This document shows, piece by piece, positions 55,700-64,000 of a DNA stretch of 64,000 bases. This DNA is from Octopus sinensis (lineage: Eukaryota): contig NC_043008.1 in assembly GCF_006345805.1 (NCBI RefSeq), forward strand, positions 38,068,001 to 38,132,000. Reading direction: 5' to 3'. The position numbers and the translations under genes are program-made. How positions within the stretch are numbered: position 1 is the first letter of the stretch; each line of letters starts with the position of its first letter. Under the pieces are notes generated by a model. The model ran no database searches, had not been told where the DNA came from, and worked only from the letters and a program-made list of their open reading frames with translations.

Positions 55700-55905
55700 C
55701 TGATTGTCATGAAGTCACTCACAAATGCCTGACAACCTCTTAGTCTTGTGTCCCTTATCAAACAGATTGCTCAAACTCACAGATCTCACTCTTTTGCTTA
55801 TCACTCATTTTATGCCAATCCATTTTCATAACCTTCTAACTTCATTAACCATTACATCGAGTTATTCCTTCCAAGAATGTCAGTCCTTTGGAATTCCCTA
55901 TTTGC
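55700..55905 (+). mobile_element. Probable CR1/Jockey-like LINE 3' remnant
   Basis: The frame reads NHYIELFLPRMSVLWNSL, resembling the terminal SFLPRTxxLWNxLP motif; short and decayed. Confidence 0.45.
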
Positions 55906-55913
55906 ATAACTCC

Positions 55914-56140
55914 TTAACCCTTTTGTTACCGTATTTATTTTGAGATACGCTGTTTCTTTCAATTAATTTTAAATATTATGAAGAATTTTGTAAAATAACT
56001 TAGTTATCATTAAGCTAGTGTTAGAAACATAAATCGTAACTAATTTTGGTGGAAGATTTTAATCCAAAACTCATGAAAATAAGACATTTCTACTACAGAG
56101 CCAGAGGTGTTTTTGGCCTGGTTGGTATCGAAAGGGTTAA
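55914..56140. mobile_element. Complete 227-bp TTAA-flanked MITE (piggyBac-like ends)
   Basis: Left end TTAACCCTTTTGTTACC and the reverse complement of the right end TTAACCCTTTCGATACC match at 15/17; AT-rich non-coding interior. Confidence 0.85.
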
Positions 56141-56375
56141 AGCATTGGTCAAAATGCTTTGCTGTATTTTTCTCAGCTTTTTATGTTATGAGTCCAAATA
56201 GCTTTGAGGACAATTTCACCTTTCATTCTAGTAGCAGCAGCGCCACCATCACCACCACCACCACCACCACCACCATTCAGGATTGATAAAACAAAGGATT
56301 AGTTAAGCACAAGGGTCAGTGAGATAAGGTAACCCCTTCTCAAAATTGCTGGCCTTGTGCTTATATCAGAAATCT

Positions 56376-57015
56376 GGAATGTTGTCAGGCACTCACCGCT
56401 CTCTACCAGTCTGACAATGCAGTTCTACATTTGCGATATTTAGAGATCTAGTGGTGGGTAAGAATGATGCCATTCTTGGGAGAACTCTAGGCATCAATGA
56501 GGATGAATCAGCCGGTCTGTTGTGGAAGATTTTCAGACTAGGAACTACCATGGATAACTTCCAGAAATTTTTGGTTTAGTAGTGCTACTGAAGGGCACTG
56601 CTGATTTGAGATAAACTGTAAAGGCATGGAAACACTGCAAGATGGGACTCTCCAAGATGTGCACACAGTAACAAAACCATATGCATGCACTCAGGTTGTG
56701 TGTTCAAGCATTGCAGACATAGGACGTTATGTGGAACAACTGTTACTTCATGTCAGTAGAATCCTAATATCATCCTAGTCCATCGCGGGTATCACTCCCA
56801 ATGCACACACCTTTAATAACTTTGGGCACCTCTGACAAGGTATTAGCTATATCAAAAGAGGTTGTGTGGTGGACGAGGTTGAAAAATCGGTGACAAACAT
56901 CTTCTTTGGTCAAGTCCTGATTGACATTTTCAAGTTTAACTTGGAAAGAAAAGTGATGGTGGAGAGAGAAGTACCCTCTCCAAGTGAATTTGTCAAAAAG
57001 GTGGGTGTGTGTACC
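56376..57015 (+). mobile_element. Decayed L1/Tx1-type LINE, ORF2 C-terminal region with zinc knuckle
   Basis: Disrupted frames give FRDLVVGKNDAILGRTLGINEDE..LLWKIF..MDNFQK, then CY*RALLI*DKL*RHG, PRCAHSNKTI.H, YVEQLL, AISKEVVWWTRLK and GQVLIDIFKFNLERKVMVERE. This order is typical of the zf-RVT and C-terminal region of Tx1-like elements. Confidence 0.7.
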
Positions 57016-57092
57016 TTAGTAATCTATAAACCATGTTAATCTATTAATCATTTAAGGATTTATTATTAGCACTTCTATATATTGACAATATT

Positions 57093-57249
57093 TGTGTGGT
57101 AAGTAGCTTGCTTACCAACCACATGGTTCCGGATTCAGTCCCACTGCATGGCACCTTGGGCAAGTGTCTTCTACTATAGCCTCGGGCCGACCAAAGCCTT
57201 GTGAGTGGATATGGTAGACGGAAACTGAAAGAAGCCCTTCGTATATATG

Positions 57250-57298
<49 letters not shown>

Positions 57299-57536
57299 GT
57301 GTATATGTTTGTGTGTCTGTGTTTGCCCCCCCCCCCCCCGCCCCAACATTGCTTGACAACCGATGCTGGTGTGTTTACACCCCATAACTTAGCAGTTCGG
57401 CAAAAGAGACCAATAGAATAAGTACTAGGCTTACAAAGAATAATTCCTGGGGGTCGATTTGCTCGACTAAAGGCGGTACTCCAGCATGGCCACAGTCAAA
57501 TGACTGAAACAAGTAAAAGAGTAAAAGAGTAAAAGT
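57093..57536 (+). mobile_element. SINE family A, near full length
   Basis: Near-consensus head, core and (gtaaaaga)n tail. Confidence 0.9.
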
Positions 57537-57976
57537 GATATATTGTATTATATATAGTATTGACAATAAATAGTTCAATGATTGTAATAGGTTAAGATGA
57601 ATGTAATTTCAAAGGTAGAAGTGATAAAGTATGGAAATTATGAGCACACATGTAATTTTAACACTCTTTCTTAAGTCATCAACCTTACATTAATATGAAG
57701 ATATGCAAGTAACATGCTGGAATACAACAATCTTCTGCATTGATGATTGCAAGTTTGGTGATGATGTAAACTCTATGTTATGTAAACTCTATCAGTATTA
57801 TGAAAGCATTGATTCAGAAGTGAAAATCAAAGAGAAAATTTGTCGCAATTTTCACGTGGATATCTTAATTTTCTGAAGAAGTTAAGCTAGCTAAGCCACA
57901 TGAAGTGGTTAAGATATAATATTCCTGACACAGAGGAATGTCTGTCAACATTGATATGCTTGTAACTGCATGCCTC

Positions 57977-58036
<60 letters not shown>

Positions 58037-60142
58037 CATGTGTGTGTTTGTGACTTGGTAGATCCTAAGAAAGATGTATAGGCATTAAATTAGGAGAGCG
58101 TGAATGGAATGAAAAATTCAATACATGGATTGGCATACAAATTAAAGAAGCAAAATTAATTATTTCAGTAAAAAAAAAAAAAAAAAAAAGAACGAGGCAA
58201 CTGAAGAATCTAGAATTTGATGGCTGAAATATCATCATTTCTTCAATCAAGTACACATGAACCTTACTAATTATTCATCCAACAAATTGAACCATTCTGT
58301 CTGAGTGTCCTGCTGAGATTAATGAAATTGGCAACAACTGTAGAGTCAAGTAGGACTCGATAGAAAGAAACCTACAAAGGAACAAATGCTATAATACACA
58401 CTTTGATCACATACATCATAACCAGAGTACAATAACGGCACAAAGAATTCTTATAGAATCAGAGAAATAATAGTGTAAGCTAGATAGCACAATGTCTTGT
58501 TGATACAGATTACAATAGCTTTTATTTTAATTTATGAAATGCAATTGGATTTTAATTAACCTCATAGCTGAAGTTTATTTAAGTTCTATTTTGAAATTAT
58601 TTCTCCTTTATTTTACTTCTTGATGTTCTGTCAGAAAGGTTCATGATTTCATATGAATTGAAAATGCTTGATGTGAGGCATCAGAATAAAATAAATATTG
58701 ATAGCTGAGGAAAGATAGAGAAAATTTTTCAAAAGCTTTGGAACAATTGTAGAGATTCTGTAGCAACCATGCTGAGTTAACTAAGGTTAATTAAAGTATT
58801 GTAAATAAGAAATCTAATACTTTCTTAAATAAATATTTTTGGCCAAAACAAAAATATTAAAAGCTTGAGGTTGCTGCTACCATAAAAAGTAAAAGATTGG
58901 GATATTTGATGTGTCACATATTCTGGGAGTCTAGAAGTCCCAATGATGACTGTGTAGTTCAAACCAATAGGTTGACATGAACAATGGCTCCAGGCCCTTC
59001 CTACAGCTTGCTACAAAAATGCTTTGATGAGCTCAAAGAATACATTCGTAATTAGCGGTCCTAAATACAACAAGAACGATGTGTCTCACTTAAAGTCGTC
59101 ATGTAAATAATTTTTCAGAGGCTTAGTTAGGATGTTTAGATCACAATTGCAATGTCATTGGTCTCATTCTTGGACCAGGTGCATTGTATCCTTGAGCAAA
59201 GTACTTCATTTTTCACATTACTTCATTCTATACAGTTGAAAATGTGTACCAGTCAAGTACTGGCACAGCTGTCCCTCCTTCTAGCTGCCACAACCTGGAT
59301 GTACAGCTGGGCCAAATAGCGGCAGAGTTAAAAGAGTTTGTGTATCAGCTTTCAAGCACAAAAGACCATTGTCATCATCATCCTCATCATCAACAAATGA
59401 AAGCATGATACATGTTACCAAGCCAGGACTATAAGTAGGAAACAACACTTGTACCACACAGTGGGATTGAACCTGAAATGGCATAATTGGGGAGCAAACT
59501 TCTTAACCACATAGCTATGCCTGTGCTCTTCCATACCTTTTATTTTTATGTAGAAGATATGTTAGAATAAATAAGTTAGCTCCTAAAATGAACTGAAAGT
59601 AAATTGTATTAGAGATCTATTTAAAGATTCCCATCAAGGAATCAGATTCTGGTTAGCTTCTGGTGATTTAACTGAAATTAAAACAGCAAAACTTGAATTA
59701 ATCACTTTAGATTTCTCCTTAAGTTAGTGCATAAATCCAAGTTTATCCATAATAAGTTAATAGCATGAATCGTGAATCATAAGAAACATTCCTTGGGTAG
59801 AGCATCTTAATCTAGGAGTCCATCCCTAAATGATTTTCTGTCATTACTCATTCTGCTGCTATTAAAGTTATTGCTCTGAGGTACTCACCTCATGCATCTC
59901 ATCAAATATTACTCCCTTATCTATAATATGCATCGAGTTCTAATCGAAGGCTTGTGGCATCGGTTGACAAGTAAGCTTCTTATACAGAATTCTAAATCAC
60001 ACACGCACACGCATACAAACACACAGAAACACACACACACATACATACATGCATGCATACATATTTTATCCTCTTTATAACATGCATCATATAATAAAGA
60101 ATTTCTCTTTGGATTTTATTTATTTATCTAATATTTAATACA

Positions 60143-60535
60143 AGATTGTATGGTTAAAAAGTTTGCTGCCAAATCACATGATTTCATGTTCAGTTGAGCT
60201 GCGTAGCAACTCGAGCAAGTGTCTTCTACTATAGATATGGTAGATGGAAACTGAAAGAAGCCTGTCATGTGTATATGTATATATGCATGAGTGTGTTAGT
60301 ATTTGCGTCCCCTTGCTTGATATCACCTGATTGTTGTGAATGAATATCATTTATTTCCAATATTCCGCACATACAGGTCTGGCCAAGGAAAATATTACCT
60401 TGCTTGGAAACAGGTAATGGTAGCAACAGGATTGACATTTAGCCATAGAAAATCTGTCTCAATAAATTCTGTCTGAACCCTGCAGGAATGGAAAAGTTGA
60501 AGCAAAAACGATGACGAAATGATGATAATGATATC
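60143..60535 (+). mobile_element. Family A head joined to the alternative (GAT)n tail
   Basis: gcaagtgtcttctactatag...gaaactgaaagaagcc, then ttgcttggaaacagg...agaaaatctg and a GAT-rich end. Confidence 0.7.
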
Positions 60536-61378
60536 ATGATCATAGGGAATAATCCATCTTTTAAATGTAAATAGGCATTACAAGTAAATAGTTAGATATC
60601 CATGGAACTATGTGGGAAACAGTGGCTACATGCAGTGTATCATATAGCATGCCATTCTAAGATGTAGCTGGAAGAATTAGTTACACATGATTAGGTTTCA
60701 ATTTTTATCACTACCTCAATGAATAATTAAAAATTACAGATCCTGTTCAAAGATATCCACAGCTGGCTTAGCTGACGTAGTATTACACTGATAAACAAAT
60801 GGTATATAATTTCTGCATTGGAGAAAGACATGAATAATTTAATTGTAGAAAATAAGTTGCAGATTACTTTGTCAACAGTATGTCAGACATCTGGCAGAAA
60901 GGTCTGAGGTCTGAATCTCATTACTGGTCATGCAATCTATCCATGACTAACATGCCTCATTCTCAAATTGCTCAGTTTATCTAGCTGTAATGAAGATCTA
61001 TGTGTACACACGTAAATCACTATTGTCACCAACTAGAATACTTTAGAATATAATTGATCAGGTTGGTTCAGTACAAAGGTGGCAAATTGAAAGATTCATT
61101 TAAATATTGGATAAGAAGTTGTGCAGTGTTTGCTCTGACTCTCAGTGTTCTGTGTTCAAATCCAATCAAGATCAATTTTGCTTTTCACCTGTAGGCATAT
61201 GCAAAGTTGTGTGATTAAAATGCTCACTTTCAAACTTCCCAACCACATAGTTCTGGGTTCAGTATCACTGCATGGCACCTTCACCTTTAAACCTGAGCTG
61301 ACCAATGTTTTGTGAGTGGACTTGGTGGATAGAAACTAAAAGAAGCCTATCACATGCATATGTTTGGAGTGGACAGGT

Positions 61379-61655
61379 TGTTCCTTCTCAAGCCATGCCT
61401 GGCTCATAAGGGCCGGATTCCCGGTTTCCTTGGTGTAGAGGTTCCCCACCTGGACAGGATGCCGGTCTGTCACAGGTGAGCTGCAAGAAGCAGGAGGAAA
61501 GAGTGAGAGAAAAGTTCGCCATTACCTTTTGCTGGAGTCACGTGGAGCTTAGGTGTTTCACTCATAAACACACACATCACCCAGTCTGTGATTCGAACCT
61601 GCGATCCCTCAACCGTGAGTCCGCTGCTCTAACCAGTAGGCCATGTGCCTCCACA
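61379..61655 (-). mobile_element. Full-length family C SINE nested in a family A SINE (61215-61920), with 12-bp TSD
   Basis: Head tggcctactggttagagc...ggttcgaatc; flanked by gagtggacaggt (61367-61378) and gaatagacaggt (61656-61667). Confidence 0.85.
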
Positions 61656-61934
61656 GAATAGACAGGTGTGTATGAGTGAGTGTGTATATGTGCTTGTGTC
61701 TTTTCGTCTTGACATTGCGTGATAAGTGTAAAATAATGCCACCAGTCATAGAGGCAGCAACTTTCATTCCCAGTAATCTGTGCGAACATTTCCAGTCATG
61801 AAGAAAGATTACCTTGCACAGAAGCAGGCAGGACATTCATCTGTAGAAAAATCTGCCTGAATGACTTCTGTCTAACCCATGCTAGCATGGAAAAATGAAC
61901 TTTACAATGATGATGATAAGTAGCTTTTTATCAA

Positions 61935-62240
61935 GATCTACAGGATTGGTGACATACCGTAAAAGAGGGAACACAAAGAAGGGACAGAGAGAGAGGAGAA
62001 ATGGAAAGACAAGAAAAGATGTCAACAAGAAACTATGACATTACAACCAGCCAGGCAAAGTCTTTGCTACATTTGCGGCACCTGCCAGAGGGAGTGTTTG
62101 TCCAGGATAGGACTACACAGCCACAGCAGGAGATGTATTAGGACATGAAATGTAAAAGCCGGACTAGATTATTTTATGCGCAACTCCATTGTCTCCCAAC
62201 ACAAAAATGGATGCCAACAACAATAACAACAACAGGATGA
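61935..62240 (+). mobile_element. 3' end of an RTE-type LINE with C-terminal zinc-finger motif
   Basis: The frame reads CYICGTCQRECLSRIGLHSHSRRCIRT* (CxxCxRxCxSRIGLxSHxRxC motif), preceded by W*HTVKEG and followed by a (CAA)n tail. Confidence 0.75.
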
Positions 62241-62353
62241 ATAACAAATTCAGATCGAGCAAAATCTGAACTTAGAAAAGCTGAGAATCAAAACTATATG
62301 GTAAGGAATGCAAATGAAGCATTTCATTAACTTATTATACAGAACTCAATTTC

Positions 62354-62566
62354 TTTGACTTTTTACCATTCAGATTGCTCAGCAAAATGAAAAGCTTATT
62401 TACATTACTTTGAATCAATTCTGCATTGTCTTGTTGCTTCAAGACATCAATGATGTGATTAATTATTTTTAGAATGACATTGTAGAGTAGGTGTGACAAG
62501 CTGGATCTGGTCAGTTTGAATGTAAAGCAGGTAGAATATTTGAGCCCACCAAGGCCAAAGGGTTAA
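62354..62566. mobile_element. Second MITE family, copy 2
   Basis: Homologous to 36935-37145; ends aaagggttaa (TTAA-type terminus). Confidence 0.6.
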
Positions 62567-63059
62567 TGAAAGTTCTGCAGAAAAAACGTTTAGCTCAGAC
62601 AAACTGACTTACTCTGGATCCATTACATGAAGACAGCTTTCAGATATTGTCTTTACTGTTTAATGAGTTAAGTGACTTACAAATATTTTGTAAGAAAACC
62701 TCTTATGTCTGGGAAAAATCTTCTAGCATTAGTTTATAGTAATAGCAATATAGTAATTGTGGAAATAGATTTTTTTTTTTCTTTCATAGCTTAGCAATCA
62801 AAACATACTTTATATTTTCTGTTTAGATATCTATTATTAGTGTTGGCAAAATTGACAGAGCGTCAGACATAATGCCTCTGAAATTTAGTTGTGTTGCTAT
62901 GATCTGAGTTTAGATCTTGTTCAGATTGACTCATCCTTTTCATCTTCTGGTGCCAATGAAATATGTATCAGTCAAGTACAGAGTTTGATTTAATTTACTG
63001 AACACCTCCCTCGAAAAATGTTGGTCTTGTGCTAAAGTTAGAACTTGTTAGCATTGACG

Positions 63060-63268
63060 TTGGCAGTGTTGTCATCATCAGTGTCATCATCATCATCGTC
63101 GTCGTTATCATTATTAACATCATCATTGTTGTCATCATTGTCCTCAGCATCATTACCATCATCATCGTTGTCATCATCATCATCATCATCATCATAATTA
63201 TTGTCATCATTGTCCTCAACATCATTACCATCATCATCGTTGTCATCATCATCATCATCATCATCATC

Positions 63269-63319
<51 letters not shown>

Positions 63320-63378
63320 TATTGTCATCATTGTCCTCAGCATCATTACCATCATCATCGTTGTCATCATTTTTATTG

Positions 63379-63426
<48 letters not shown>

Positions 63427-63560
63427 CTACCACCACCGCCGCCGCCGCTGCCACCATCATCACCACCATCATCCCCATCATCATCATCATCCCCACCACT
63501 GCCGCCGCCGTCATCATCATCATCATCATCATAATCGTTGCTGACATCTTTATTGTTGTT
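63060..63560. repeat. (ATC)n tract with a three-copy higher-order unit
   Basis: attgtcatcattgtcctc(a/g)...catcattaccatcatcatcgttgtcatc recurs at about 63127, 63200 and 63321. Confidence 0.9.
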
Positions 63561-64000
63561 ATCATTCGAGTGTCAGAAAATGTATTTGTTCTGGTTATTT
63601 ATGTTTTGGATTCAAAACTCACTAAAGTTGACTTCAAAGTCTCCAGCTCAATAAAAATAAAGGGACCAGTCAAACACTGGAATCGATAGCATCACCTACA
63701 CCCTCCCCCCACTCCTAAGACTTGCTAACCTTGTGACAAAATCAGAATAATTTTTTGTCATGGGGAAAAAGGAGATAGTTTAGCAAAAATCATGGACCAT
63801 CAATAAAAATGCCAGAATTAAAATCCCACCATGGTCAACTCTAAATATGATCCTAACAGGAATGATAAAATAAGGTACCAGTCTAGTATTGGGGGCCAAT
63901 GGTGTTCAGAAAGTGCCATCTCTGAGACATTATTGGTCTTGTACCTATATCAAAACATTGCTATTTTTAGTAGTAACTGTGGAATGTCACCAAATATTAT

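Noticed and set aside
62995-63689. Poly-Met/Ile/His/Ser/Asp ORFs, including an Asp-rich frame reminiscent of acidic shell proteins
   Set aside because: All frames are translations of an (ATC)n tract attached to a SINE tail; there are no splice signals or unique coding context.

Overview
This is eukaryotic, strongly AT-rich, microsatellite-dense DNA. Its repeat content (tRNA-headed SINEs resembling the octopus OK/OR-type families, TTAA-flanked MITEs, RTE and Tx1-like LINE remnants) makes an Octopus genome very likely; this is inferred from remembered repeat families, not from a search. The only convincing coding sequence is two paralogous immunoglobulin-domain exons on the minus strand, 19729-20022 and 5662-5943. 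Both have canonical splice sites, both are phase 1-1, both end in Tyr-G|, and they are about 38% identical by manual alignment. They resemble the membrane-proximal Ig domain of Dpr/zig-8-like cell-surface proteins. I found no convincing signal-peptide or first-Ig exon, so most of the window is probably very large introns of this gene. The rest is interspersed repeats: three SINE families (including TSD-flanked dimers, nested insertions and a head-to-head hairpin pair), a DD37D/maT-like mariner remnant, LINE 3' ends, MITEs, a decayed tRNA-Asp gene and many simple repeats. Almost all other ORFs in the supplied track are microsatellite or repeat artefacts. The most promising lead is the splicing architecture around the two Ig exons: tandem domains versus alternative Ig plus C-terminus cassettes, with two competing donors at the end of the upstream exon.
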